64,000 nt of DNA, from NCBI GenBank assembly GCA_010909165.1, contig MU008161.1, forward strand, positions 186,001 through 250,000. Direction: 5' to 3'. The notes under the pieces were generated by a model that did no database searches, was not told where the DNA came from, and saw only the letters and a program-made list of their open reading frames with translations. Source of the DNA: Anthoceros angustus. Taxonomy: Eukaryota > Plantae > Anthocerotophyta. Numbering within the stretch: position 1 is the stretch's first letter; each line of letters begins with the position of its first letter. Shown here piece after piece: positions 49,880-63,149 of this stretch. Both the position numbers and the translations under genes were made by a program.

Positions 49880-51860
49880 CATTTGACCCTACGCCGCAAG
49901 CGCCCGATGTCCGAGCCCTTGCTGTGCATACCCAGCGATCAGGGCATTCCATGTCAACACATTCTTTGAGTTCATGCTGTCAAAGACCTGGCGTGCAGCT
50001 TCCAGTTCACTACATTTTCCACCAGGCAGGAACCCACCACTACGTTATCCAGCAGTCCTCTTCTGACCATCTGTGAGCGCAGCTGCTGCAACCTGCTGGA
50101 AGGCACCAGTGCCTGCACAGGCCTACAGAAGGCAAGCAAAAGTAACATGGTCAGCCAAAATGAGGCCTGCCTCTTCCATTTGTTTGTACACAACAAGCAC
50201 CTCATGTTAGAGCCCTCGCTGGGCATAACCAGCTATCAGGGCAGTCCATGACACCAGGGTTTTGTGTTCATGCTGTTCATGCTAAAACATGGGGTGTATC
50301 TTCCAGTTCACCACATTTTGCATACATGCCCACCAGGCAGGTGTCTACCACTATGTCATCCAGCAGTCCACTTTTGACAATCTGTGATTGTAGCTGCCTA
50401 TTGAGCCTGTACAGGCCTACAGAGGGCAAGTAGAAGTAACAAGGTTAGCCAAAATCAGGCCCGCCTCCTCCACTCGTGCATACACAACAAGAGCCTCCTG
50501 TCCGAGCCCTTGCTGGGCAAATCCCGCTATCACGGCAATCCACCAGATTCTTTTTTGCTCTCAAAAACATGGCCTGCATCTTTCAGTTCACGACATTTGC
50601 ATACCCAGCGATTAGCACCGTCCATGTCACCACACCCTTGTTGGCCATGCTTTCAAAAAGCCTGGTGTGCATCACAGAGTTCGCCACATTTTGCATACAT
50701 GTCCACCAGGCAGTTGCCAATCACTACGTCATCCAGCAGTCCTCTTACGACAATCTGTGAGTGCAGCTGCCTGCCCTACTATAAGGCGCCAGTGCATGCA
50801 CAGGCCTACAGAGGGCAAGCAAAGTCACACGGTCAGCCAGATGAGGCCTGCCTCCTCCAGTTGTCCATACACGGCAAGTGGCTCATGTCCGATCCCTTGC
50901 TGGGCATACCCAGCTCTTATGGCAGTCCTTGTCACCACACTTTTTGTGTTCATGCTCTCAAAACCCTGGTGTGCATCTTTCAGTTCACCACAGGGATCAC
51001 CGCCCTACAGATGACCACATCCTTCTTGGCCATGATTTCAAAACCTGGCATGCTTCTGTAATTTCACCTCATTTTGCATATATATCCACCAGGCAGATGC
51101 CAACAACCAAGTTAGTAGGAGTGCTGGATCACACGTACAATACCCGGATACCAGGACAGTCCACGTCGCCAGTTTTTTTGTGATCATACTGTTCAAAACC
51201 TGGCGTGCAGCTTTCAGTTCACCACAATTTGCATACCCAGCGATCAGTGCCGTCCATGTCACGACATCCCTCTCGACCATGCTTTCAAAAACCTGGTGTG
51301 CATCTGCCAGGTCACCACCTTTGGCATACATGTCCACCAGGCAGGCCTGTGTCCACCATTACGTCATCCAGCAGTCCTCTTTAGACAATCTGTGAGTGCA
51401 GCTGCCTGCACTTCTGTAAGGCACCAGTGTTTTCGTAGGCCGTCGGCTTGGAGTCCACCACCTCCTTGGCTTGAGGCATGTTCAGCGCACTGCTCGAGGA
51501 CGCTCCCAGGTCCAGCGCCGACACTAGCTCATCATCCAGCCTGAACCTCTGTATCCTGGCCAGCAGATCTCAAAGCTCTGCCTCAGCCCGGTGAGAATGC
51601 AGTCGGAGAGCATTGAACCGAGAGAGCTGCCTGTCAGAGAGCAGGTGTACCGACAGGGGCACCTGTGCTAACACAGCCCACTGCGTGTCCTTGTTGATCT
51701 GTAACCCCATAAGTGAGTGAGTACACCAGCACATGGCCTCTTCCAGCCTACCTCCACATGCATAGCTGCTAGCTGCGCCAGATAAGCTCCCCAAGTACGC
51801 ATCCGACTCAAACCTAAGTTTGACACTGAGCAAGGTGCAAGGCAGAGATCGTGACATAGC
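49880..51860 (-). pseudogene. Fragmented PLS-type PPR gene
   Basis: FESDAYLGS...GRLEEA, DMYAKGGDLADAHQVFESMVERDVVTWTALIAGYA, TWNALIAGYAQQG. The reading frame breaks repeatedly and no E domain was seen. Confidence 0.8.
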
Positions 51861-52898
51861 GGAGTCTGAGTGCTCCAGAGATTCCAGGGCTCCAATGGCC
51901 TCAGAAAGCCTCGCCAGCTGACATAACGTTCATCGGGTCCCTAAAGTGAGGAGAGCCGCAGTTCCTAGTGGAATCCCTGTACACACACCAATTTGTTGAG
52001 ACCACAAAAGGTCCATCTGCCGGTTTGTCATCGTTCAGGAACCGCGTAGAAGTGCTCTCTTTCTGTTCCCTCTCGACTCCAGTACACGTAAGAGGGTTTT
52101 TTCCTCTTCCCAGCACGTGACCGGAAGATATCCATTTCTTGAAAGATCCCAAAGTTACTAGAATTGCTCTATTCTGCGAACCGCGCCATGACCAACTAGC
52201 TGCCCTTGATCCCCGCCACTACACATGTCCTGAGAGAGGAAATCCCATCGTCCTGCAAATCCTATTCCCGATTCTTCATGTCTGTCAGGTTCAGGCTCAT
52301 ATATCTCGTCTTCCGTCTCACCACATAGGAGACACCAGGAAAACTGTTGCCACAAGTGCCCCTGCCCCTGCCCCTGACGACGACCAACGTTAAAAACCGT
52401 CCTTACCCACAGATCTCAACGGAAGTGGAAGTGCTTGACTCATGGAGCCCATTCCCAGGTTCAAGTTCGAAGAACTGACCTCAAGCCGTGAATATCCAGG
52501 CTTATCATCGATCCTTAGAGACTTGCCACAGCTTGAGGGTAACGAAATGATACGGACGCGCTTAGGCATTGCCTAGAAACAACTAATTAGGTTTCAACTC
52601 AACATAGCTGAAACCGAGAGGTCCGGAAAACTGCCGGTCCCTGTCCGGTGAAAAACCGAGAGTAGGTGGAAAATGCCGGTCAAAATAAACCCCTGGTAGG
52701 AGCCTAACATAAAAAGGAAACTAATATTTGCCGAGATAACTGTTACCGAGAACGGCCGCCTACTGAGGGCTATATGTGTTGGTTGCCCTAACCCTTCTCT
52801 TTGTGTACATCTGGCGCCAGTGTTCCTGTGCGAAACCCTTTTCCGGCTCTCGCAGTTCGCCCCTACAGCGCGAGACTTGGAGCGGAGTCGCGGTCGCG

Positions 52899-54247
52899 AT
52901 GAAGGTCGGAATCGCCCTGGGTCGTCAGTTTGTGGCTTTGCGAGCTGGTTTCTGTGTCTCTCTGACGTTTGTGATTGTGCTGCGCAGCTCAATATTGCTA
53001 ACCCCACTACGGGGTGCCAGAAGAAAGTTGAGATTGATGATGACCAGAAGCTGTGAGTGTCATCTTGTATTCTGCAGACGCTTTAAGACGCCGGTGTTCC
53101 TTGGGTCTTGGAACTGTAGTTTGGAATCGCGACAGGTTCTAACAGTTGTTTTGCTTCTGCAGGCGTGCCTTTTTTGACAAGCGTCTGGCGCAGGAGGTCA
53201 ACGGAGACCTCCTTGGAGATGTAGGTTGTTTGGTTCACAGCTTGAGCTCCAACATGCACAGCGTCAGGGTTTAGCACTCTGTAACTAGACTGTTTGTGCA
53301 CGGCAGGAATTCAAGGGCTATGTTTTCAAGATCATGGGAGGATGCGATAAGCAGGGATTCCCCATGAAGCAGGGAGTTCTCACCACGGGCCGTGTCCGCA
53401 TCCTGATGCACAGAGGTATGGCTTGGATGGCGGCCCCGGTTAGGTTTGTTTTTGGGTATTCGGACGGTCTCTGAGCCCGCTGGTTATGGAGCGCAGGTAC
53501 TCCTTGCTTCCGGGGATTCGGAAGGCGCAATGGTGAGCGCAGGCGCAAGTCTGTAAGGGGATGCATCGTCAGCCCTGACCTTTCTGTGCTGAACCTGGTC
53601 ATCGTGAAACAAGGTCAGTAGTAGATTAAGTTGGTAATCAATTTTTATGGCCGAGCTTTTTTGTTATATCCGAGCCCTCATATTTTGGGTTTTGTGCAGG
53701 CGAGAGTGATCTCCCTGGGCTTACCGACACAGAGAAGCCTAGGATGAGGGGTCCTAAGAGGGCAACCAAGATCAGGAAACTGTTCAACCTCTCTAAGGAA
53801 GATGACGTGCGCAAGTATGTCAACACTTACCGACGGACATTCACGTCTCCGGCAGGTATGTGGTCTCTGGGAGTGTTTTCTTTTCTCGTTATAGATCCCT
53901 TATTTTCGAACAGGTTGAATTGTTTTCATTCACACTTGAAACTGGTCATGCAGACATGTGGATCGAAGCATGCTGTGTGTTGACAATGTTCTGGGTGCTG
54001 TTTGGCAGGCAAGAAGCGGAGCAAGGCCCCAAAGATCCAGCGGTTGGTGACTCCAGTGACTCTGCAGAGGAAGCGTGCCAGAGTTGCAGAGAAGAAGCAG
54101 AGAGTTTACAAGGCGAAGAGTGAAGCTGCCGAGTACCAAAAGCTCCTCAGCCTGCGTCTCAAGGAACAGCAGGAGCACAGGAGTGAGAGTTTGGCCAAGA
54201 AGCGTGCGTCTCGGGCTTCTGTAGCATCCAAGGCTTCGGCCGCCTGA
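52899..54247 (+). CDS. RPS6: 40S ribosomal protein S6 (eS6); 7 exons
   Basis: MK|[22 protein letters not shown]|RAFFDKR...|[25 protein letters not shown]...[15 protein letters not shown]...|[11 protein letters not shown]...[16 protein letters not shown]. Confidence 0.98.
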
Positions 54248-54948
54248 AAGACGGGCAAAGATTTTGATTCGTAGTGTAGAGTCTGAGGCTGGTGTCATTG
54301 GAATTCCGGCATCGTTTTGTATGCGGATGTAAAGTGCAGATGCTTAAGGTATGAGGATTCAGCCAGGTTCTTAGGCTCTTTCTTCATGAGTACATGGGCT
54401 GACCTCGTCATGGGCTTCTCTCTTGGTCTCAGACTTTGTAGTTGATTTTGTCAAACACCAAGATCCTTTCCGCGGCAGTAGTTAATAGTAGGGCAGAGCT
54501 GGATTTCAAGTTGTTGCTAATGTGAAAACGTGAGCAGTGCGTGTGAATACGACCGAGAACATGATTGGCAAGATCGTGAAGTCTATCTCATCTATTGAGC
54601 GTGAGCTACGATCCCGGTGACAAAAAGATTGATCCACTTGAAAAATGGGGGTGCTAAATAGCGTCTTGTGAAGGAAGGGAAGGGAAGTCCTTGGAGGGTA
54701 GGGGAGCAAATAGCAGGAACGACAAGAGAAAATATGGTACAAGAGCAGTAGCAGTTAAGAGTAGTAATACAGGCCTCCTTCCGTGCTGCGCCCCGCCATG
54801 CATGCTGGCTGCGCTCTCCTCCAAGCATCGCATCCCACACAACGCCAGAGGCTCGCCTCGGCTCAGCCCGGCTCGGCTCCATTCCTGCCATTCTTGTTCC
54901 TGCCAGTTGCTCACGACCCCCACGCATTATCTCCATCCTCTTCCTTCC

Positions 54949-56951
54949 TCATGCCCCAGGCTGGCGCGGCAAAACGGGCGTCGCTACTCCTGATTCCGTT
55001 CCTGTTGAACCTGTTCCTGCTGCTGGCTTCTCCTCCTCCACCTTCTCCCACTCAAACCGCCCAGGCAGCGGTACATCGTTCACCGGATCAAAATTGTATC
55101 TGCGGGCCATGCAATACAAGTGAGAGGCAACATTCTTGGGTCTCAACACTGTAAGTAGTAATCCGAAGTCTGACAGACGAGAGTCACCTTTCAGCAAATC
55201 GTTGGTGGTCTCGGCCCTCGGCCGCAGAGAAGAAGTCGTCGAGCTCGGAGGCGGTGGGAGCTTCGAAGAGACGGCGGCGAAGGCCGGGTCGCCAGCCTCC
55301 ATCCTGCGGAGTGGGCAGGCGGGAACAGGCCTCAGGGGCATCGCCATCCTGGTCCCTGGAGTAACTGCTGGGCGTACTTTCCCGGACGTTCCTCAGGCTG
55401 CTGCGTGTGGACGGCCGCGATATTTCACTGCACAACCACACGAGGCAGCGCCCATGGGCATCATCACGCCAGGACTCCAAACGTTCAAAAAAACCATTCA
55501 ACTTCTTTCCTCACCATATGCATTTCACGTACCTATCCTTGGCCGAGAATCTGTCCTGCTCCATGGCGCTGTCTCCGAATGCATTGTCTCCGAACGATAC
55601 CTCCACCTGAACCACCCACACAACCCACCCACAAGAAAAATGTAGCCAAGGAAGGCCCTGGGCCAAGGAAAGAAAGACAGTACTCCTGACATATCAAGCA
55701 AACAACAGCAACTTTGCTCCCTGCTCATGGTGGCACTGGACAAAAGAGACTCCCATGACATGGGCCCCGTTCCATTCCATGCCATGACCGCACCCACCGA
55801 CGTTCAACACAACAGAAAAAGGAAACAGCAACGACACTAACCTCAAGACTTTTGGGATTGGGGCCCTCGGAGGGATCTGCAGCGTCCTGGACCAGGACAT
55901 GGCGCGACGTGGGAGATGAGCCCGAATTCCGCGCCACCCTGTTCGACTCCGACTCTAATTTCCCCGAGGCAGAGGCCGACGGGAGAATCGCAGGGAGAGG
56001 AGGGAGAGGAGGCGGCGACGGCACCTCAGCCAGAGCCGCAGAAGTAACAGCAACAGCAGCCACAGACGGAGAAGCTGCAGCTGGCGCCGCCCCAAGGACC
56101 TGCTCTGCCACCGTCGCCTTTGCTACTTTGTTCCTGGCATTGCTACGGGTGTTGGCCTTCCGCTTGGTCCCAGTGGTGGGCAAGGACGCCTTAGCTGCGC
56201 TGCCCGAGCTCCTGCTGCTGCCCGGAGTTCGCGCATTTCTGAGACCCGATCGCCCACCTTCATGAGCAGCCACAGCCACCGCCACAGCCTCCGCGTCCGC
56301 GGAATTGGAATTCCTGGCTGCGGCTGCGGCTGCTGCAGCGGCTTCGGCAGGCCTCATTCTCGAGTACCTGGCTTCCTTCAATTTGGCGCCGCTGCTATCC
56401 TCGCCTGCTATCCTACCGTGCGGGGTGGGGGTGGAGGAGGAGCCCCGCCGCCTCACGTTCATGTCTCTGTCGGCCACAACCACGGCCTTCTCCTTGTCCT
56501 TCTCTTTCTCCTTGTCCGCCTTCCTGCTGCGCAACAGGTAGCTGTTGGAATTGGGCGGCGAAGGCTCCGCAGCCTGCTTTTGCTTCAGCTTCTGTTGCGC
56601 CTTGGGCTGAGGCTGCGGCTGGCGCTGAGTGGGAGTAGGAGGCTGGGCCTCTTCCTCCTCAGCAACCAGAGCGGCCTGCTCTTCCCCCGCCCCAGCCTCT
56701 GCCTGGACGGCCTCCTGCTCTATCTCCATGGCGACAGCAGCAGGAGCACCCTCCTCTCGCTCCTGCTCCCCCTGCTGCTTCTCCTTCTCCTGCTGCTCGC
56801 TGGCGCTCTGAGCCAGCGCCAGCTTGCGGTCCTGCTCCAACGCCAGAGTCCTAGCCCGAGTCCTCACACCCATTGAGCCCTGTTGTGTCACATCCATCAC
56901 ACCTACTTCTCTTGGTCGGACGCCTTTCCTCTTCCACATATACTTTCCCAT
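54949..56951 (-). CDS. KRP: KRP/ICK cyclin-dependent kinase inhibitor; 4 exons
   Basis: MGKYMWKRK, GVRTRAR, SYLLRSRK, EVSFGDN, RESTPSS, PTASELDDFFSAAE...RFAER|YNFDPVNDVPLPGRFEWEKV. Confidence 0.93.
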
Positions 56952-57491
56952 GCTAGCCCGTCATCAACACCAACGCCGGGAACCCCAAATCCAACATCAG
57001 CGCTAAACCTTGAGAGGCTTCCCACAAAATTTCTCCCCGCGGGGCCCCTTATATTGTGAGTGCACAATGCGCAGGCAGGCACACAACAATCACGGCGACA
57101 AAATTCTACGTGTCTTCCCACATCTCTAACTGCCAACTGCCGTTGAGAGAGCAGCCCCCGGCCGCGGACATCTACCCTCCGCCAAGGAGGCTTGGGCGCG
57201 CTTCCCAGCACACGGCTTGGAAGAGGCAGGCGAGCCGAGCCACACTCCAAACAGCTTCCTCCTTGCACACACACCGGGAGCTTCAACCACCACAAGCCCG
57301 CACCCTCCAGAGTACACTCTACACACCCTCTTCTCTTCTCTTCCCTCCTTTCCCTCTCTCGCACGCTTCACCAGCCGGCGCAGCAGAAGGACACACGTTC
57401 CTCACACTTGTGTCCAGTGAGAAGGGAAAGCAACTCAAGCAGCTGCCCCACGAGCGACGCAATCTCTTCCCCACAATGAGCACACCAAGAC

Positions 57492-57518
57492 CTGCTGCTG
57501 CTGCTGCTGCTGCTGCTG
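57492..57518. repeat. (CTG)9 microsatellite
   Basis: Read directly from the sequence. Confidence 0.95.
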
Positions 57519-58274
57519 CATAACCAATCAGCACAGTAGCTCAAGGCTCTTGGAGAGCAAGCAGCTAGCTCCCTCCTGCTGTCGGCCTCCCGTCAGGCAG
57601 CAATTAGGTGAGTGTAGAAGAGAGGAAAAAGACAAGGAGCTGCAGCCAATTGCAAAATGGGATTGATGCCGACCCGCTTGCTAAAAAGAGGAGTTGCAAC
57701 AGACAGAAAACAGCCTCCACAGCCACAAAATCGGCCTCCCGCACCGGAAGCTCCAACAGCGGGAGAGGCAAGGCAGCTCCACAACGCACGCCGCACAAAA
57801 CCTAACCGGAGAAGCACCAGCGAGTGTGACCACAATTTGAAGCTCTCAACACCCCCCACGAGCACACAAGAGGGCAGACGGCGCGAACGAGGACTGCCCA
57901 CTGACGGACAAGGGACGGAAGGAGACGAAGAAGGAAGAAGGCGAAGGGAAGGAAAGGAGTAGCCTGCCACGGCAATTGCACACCCACCTCCGCTAGACCA
58001 GGCCAAAGCAAGGAAGGCGTACAAATTGCGAGAGCAATCTAGAAATTGGCAGGGGCCGGAGGAGGAGCCGCCCTCGCCCGCTCCATGCGCAGAAAACGGC
58101 CCGCAGCCCCACGGCCGGCAGCTGATCGCTCCAGGGAATCAAAAAGCAGGCACAAGCTCCAGGCACGACCGCCCGGGAGCTCTGCTCTGGATCAGCGCCA
58201 CAACGGAAATTCAAAAAGCAGCCGCACCGCAAGCCGCAACCACGGTGACCCGACAGAACTAACCACGGCAGCCA

Positions 58275-58595
58275 GACCACACGACACGACACGACACGAC
58301 GCGCAACGAGAGGCGTCTCGCCGAGACGGAAGCGAGCGGTGAGACGAGAACGGCGGCGAGGAGAGGAGGAGGAGACGCGACTCGACGAGACGAGACGAAA
58401 CGAGACGAGACGACAAGACGCCACGAGACGCGAGCGAGGGAGGCGAGAGAGAGAAGCCGGGCAAAGGCAAAGCTAGAAGGCAGAGGCTAGGCGCAGGGAG
58501 GGAAGCCCATTCCAGGCCGAGCAGGCGGCGGAGAAGAGAGGGAGAGGCCGGCACGCTGAGGGTCGAGGGCGGAGGGGGGAAGATAGCGAGGAGAC

Positions 58596-58626
<31 letters not shown>
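58275..58626. repeat. Cluster of (GACAC)n, (GACGA)n and (GACGAG)5 microsatellites
   Basis: Arrays at ~58278-58300, ~58384-58415 and 58597-58626. Confidence 0.85.
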
Positions 58627-58627
<1 letters not shown>

Positions 58628-60139
58628 CGGGGAGAGGTGCTGGTGCCGCGATGCCACGCCCGGGCTAGACGTGCCCTTCTCTGCCTCGCATTCCAACGCT
58701 CGGTTTGGGGAGCGGTAGACCGGGCGGCGGAACCGGGTGCAGGATAGGCACGGGCGCAGCCACCGGGTAATACGTACACTGGGCGTGTAGGCGAAGGGGT
58801 CGGCCGGAGGAGGATTATAGAGCGGGCAGAGCGGCGGGGCGGCGAAACCTGGTTTCGCCGGGTTGCGCCAGGTGGGGTGGGGAGCGCAACTGCGCCTGCG
58901 CCGCTTTCTTCATTAATTAGGCGCGGGATGAAACTGGGGTTACCACGTCTGGCGATGGGGTGAAGCCGTACTTCTCCTGACGGCTGGCGGAGGAAAGCCC
59001 GCAGCTGGCCGCCACGGCAGCGCGGCGAAAGTGGACGCTGTCCTTTGCCGGGCACGGCGTTAATGGCAGCCTGGGCCGCGCGGTAACTGCGTCCGGGGCT
59101 ATCTTTTACGCTCCAGCGTCCTTTGCTCCACACGAGCGGCCCATTTCTTTCCGTTGCGCCGACTGGGGTGTTTAAGGCCGGTGATTTCTTTCCGACCCCG
59201 GCCCTCGGCCGAGGAATCTCGTCGCTAAAGCAGCGGTCAAATCTGACACAAAAGACAGTGCCGACGAAACCCAAAGTCCCCGAATCATTCTCATTCCACA
59301 AATTAACCTTCATAACCCGCTGAAAATATGGAATTGAAGAGGCAAGTTGAAGGGTCTGGGGCTGGGGCTGTGGCTGTGGCTGTGGCTGAGACAGAGGCAG
59401 GGGCAGGCGCAGGGCCGCACCGGCAAGGACAGCGCGGGAATATCCACGTCGCTCCACCTTGCTGGTGCTGCTGCCTTCACTGTAGACACAGCCGGAGAGA
59501 TTATGTAAGCATGACTCCATGCTTTCACACTTTCTGCTGTACATGCTTTGTGTGGATCACCTCCGAATGAGCACGCATTATTTCACCGCCACAACGCTTG
59601 GCTGGCCTTCTGGCCTTCCACCACATAACTCCAAGAGACCCGAGGGCCAAAATCTCCTCCTGCTCCTGCTATGTACATATGTAGGTGTAAGCAAGGACAA
59701 ACACATCTTTGCATGGCGCATAAAGTCCTCTTTTTCAAAATGTCCCTCCATGCTTGATTTATATTTTCTATCTCCTTTTTTCTGATCCGAGTGATGCGCC
59801 ACCACTTGTTTCACTACATATGTACGTAATTCAAGTTCGTTAAAGAGGGAATATAATATTGTTGAACTTCACGTTACTATGTATCGAGAACGAGAGCGAA
59901 CGTACATGTGCAATGTACTCTACTATGCATTCATGTTTCATTAGATAGGTTAACTACTCCGTCGAAAGGTTCGATCCTCTCTACTGTCATGTTAATGAGT
60001 AGCGTACCACAAGACGTCATAATGAATCGCGTACCACATGACTTCATAAGCGCATGTCTTTTGATGAGTTGGGTAAGATGAAATATGAATGAACCCGTGC
60101 AAGGGTATTCAATAAGCTCGTGCTCAGCCTAGCAGAATG

Positions 60140-60800
60140 TCAGCTTTACAGAGCGCTCATTGGAAGAGCTTTGCGAGACCATTCAAGGTGAACCAACCGA
60201 CTTTTAAGTTTTCGGTAGGCATTTATTTATAGCCAGCGTACCTACAGTATCTGTAAAGCGGTCATTGAAAGAGCTTTGCGAGACCATTCAAGGTGAACCA
60301 ACTAGCTTTAAGTAGGCATTTATTTATTTACAGCCAATGTACCTATCCATTCCTTCGTGCACCGTAAGTTGGGAGGAACCTATTTATGTATCAGAGTTAA
60401 TCATGCACTATTGACTTGGGCCTACGTGCCTTCCTTCATGCAATATGCCCTACATACCTTCCTTCATGTAGTAATATGCTAAGTTTGACGAAACGGAACA
60501 TATTTATGTACATATGTACAAGGAGTTAACCACGTGCTAGTATTGATGGGTCCTTACCCACCTTGGCGCACCTAAGGACTTATTTATGTCTATGCAGTTA
60601 ACTAGTACTAGTTGGTACCTACCTACCTTCGTGCACCCTAAGTTTGGCTGGACCTATATATTTATGTACATAGTGTATAAGGAATTAACTGCGTAGTACT
60701 CGTGGGTACCAACTTCCTACCTTGGTGCATCCTAAGTTTGCAGGTAGTATGGTACCTCCCTTGGTGCATCCTAAGTTTGGCAAAACCTATTCACATAGGT
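60140..60800. repeat. Degenerate AT-rich repeat field: a ~110-bp duplication, then recurring ccttcgtgcaccctaagtttgg / tatttatgtac motifs
   Basis: gagctttgcgagaccattcaaggtgaaccaac occurs twice (~60167 and ~60272). The cctt(c/g)gtgca..ctaagttt motif recurs at ~60350, 60626, 60719 and 60759. Confidence 0.65.
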
Positions 60801-63149
60801 ACATAACCTAGGAATGAGGCTCTACATATTGTCTGACCATGTCTTCATGCCTGATCTGACTAAGCATTAATGGCATTAATGTCATACCTTCACTACCATA
60901 ATATCCTTCCTTGCCCTTGCATACCTTATTCAAGGGGATATACACATGTTTCATTCCATATGTGAATAATTCCAACTCCACGATAATGCCTTGTACAACC
61001 GGTTCTGAGGTGAGAATTGTTCATCGAAATGTGTTTAAGTTATGTTATCGTAAGATCAAAATTAGTTACGCAAAAGTACACTTTTAGAATGATTCTTTGG
61101 ATTAGTATGAACTTTGATAGATAGAGATGAAAAATATGATGCATCTCTTTGATGATATTGGTCATCATATATTATATTCAACAACAATCATTGTTTGTAC
61201 GCATGATCACGGAGTGGAGTTTGTTATACGTGATGAAAATTATCATTACTTGTCCACATAATTATAGTATTGTACAAAATGACAACTTGGTGTAGCATTC
61301 CTGAAGTGATATTCACAAATGATTGATAATACATTAGCAGTCATTTTCGTACATTGATTCTAAATGCAAGGCAGGTGTACATCTGCATGTGATTGAAAAG
61401 GATAAGGAACAATTACTAGATGATGATGTGTAAAGGATAAGGAGGAATGACTAGATGGTGATGTGTAAAGGATGAGTAGGAATGAGCGCAATGTGATGTC
61501 AGCATGATGAGCGGCAAGGGATTTGATGCTCAAGTTTCAAGGAAAGGAGGCTTATGAAAATGAGAACATGATGGGAAATGTTGCCTATTACTTATTTGAC
61601 AACAAGACATGCTTGGCCAAACATGCATGAATTGTCTGACAAGGAAACATATTTGAAGAGAGACAGTCCGGGCTCTCAATTTCCATTCCAAGTTTAATCT
61701 ATTATATCGTATGAGAGAAAGAGGATTTTCCAACAAAAACAAGATAGCAAGAAGAAATGAGCTAGGACTAGGTATCTGCCTATCTCCACTCCATTTCCCT
61801 GACATTGTATAACAAAAAGCAGGATAAAAGTGCAGGAGAAAACATAGGTGGGATGGGATACGCATAGTTTTCAACAAATGCATCACATGGGATCGTGCTG
61901 TGCATATTGGATTGGATATTGGCAGGTTGGAGAAATTGATAGAGTAGTGAGCAAACCACATCTACATAGTGGCTTGGGGTGCCACATGATTGGGGCTCCG
62001 GCTCCGGCTCCGGCTCCAGCTCCGCCTTGCGGTAGCTCGGACGTGCAGGCGGACGTGCACAAATGAGGGAAGGGCATGCAATGCATGATGGATGTGAAAG
62101 GTGGAGGGCTGGACGCCGTGGACGGGCTGAGACGAATGCGAAAGCCAACGCGCTGCTGCAAACCCCGAGCACCCTCCATTTACGCATACATACATATCTG
62201 GATGTAAGCTCGCAGGCTGCTGGTGCTGGTGCTGGTGCGGGTTGTGTGTGTGGTATGTGTGGTTGCAGTGGTGGTTGGCTGTTGCAAATGCTGCAGCAGC
62301 AGCTGCTGCAGCTGCAGCTGCCGCAGCAGTTGAGCAGGAATCCAAATAAAGGGCACGGAGGGCTGCACAAAACTGCACTGCATTGCCCTGGCCTGCCCTG
62401 GGTCCTGGGTCCTGGGTCCTGGGGCCCCGGACCTCGACCTCCTACTGGGTTGCGAGGAGGGTTGCTCTGACTCCCCTGACGCCCTTGTTTGCTTGCGACA
62501 GGTCACAGAGCAGAGCGCGGCAGCGAGGTGGTGGGCACTGGTATCCGCCCTCCTTCTTCGCCCAATAGCACAAGCTCCTGCTAATCCGGTGGTTAGCGTG
62601 CCATTCTTGGCAGAAGAAGGGAAGTGGAAGGGAAGCGGAAGGGAAGCGGAAGGGAATTAGAAGCCAAGTGTGTATCTAGAAGGGAGGGAATCGCGTCTCA
62701 CTGCCTGCCAATTCTTCCAGCCCCAGTGTCGTATCGTCGCGTCTGGGCCCATCATCTCACCACTTACTCAGTCGATTCGCCCATCATCAGCGCCTTCTGC
62801 AAAGCGTGCAGTGCGAAGCAAGCGCAAAGGGCAAAGGGCAAAGGGCGAAGGGCAAGGGCAAGCCGGGCGGGAATGATTGACGCAGCCCGGTGCCCGGTCC
62901 CGACCACCGGCACGCGGAGCGCTGTCGGGGCCTAGAGAGAGACTCCCCATACCTGATCCTGATGCTGATGATCTAGATAGCCCCCGGCCCCACTGCATTG
63001 CAGTAACAAGACACATAACAAAGAAATCCTGCAAAAAGCAAGCTTGCATCTCTAATCTCCCTCAGCCCCAAAGACCTGCGCGTGAAGGCATCGCTTTAAG
63101 GCCGCGCTTGGCGGGATGGCAAGTTGGAAGTCGAGCCCCAGCCCGAATC

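Noticed and set aside
52780-52845. Telo-box upstream of RPS6
   Set aside because: Only imperfect matches (cctaaccctt, aaaccctt) to AAACCCTA are present.
58192-59544. 450-aa minus-strand ORF
   Set aside because: It runs through microsatellites (LVLVLV, SSRLVSSR, QPQPQP) in GC-rich DNA with no recognisable domain. It is probably non-coding, though not excluded.
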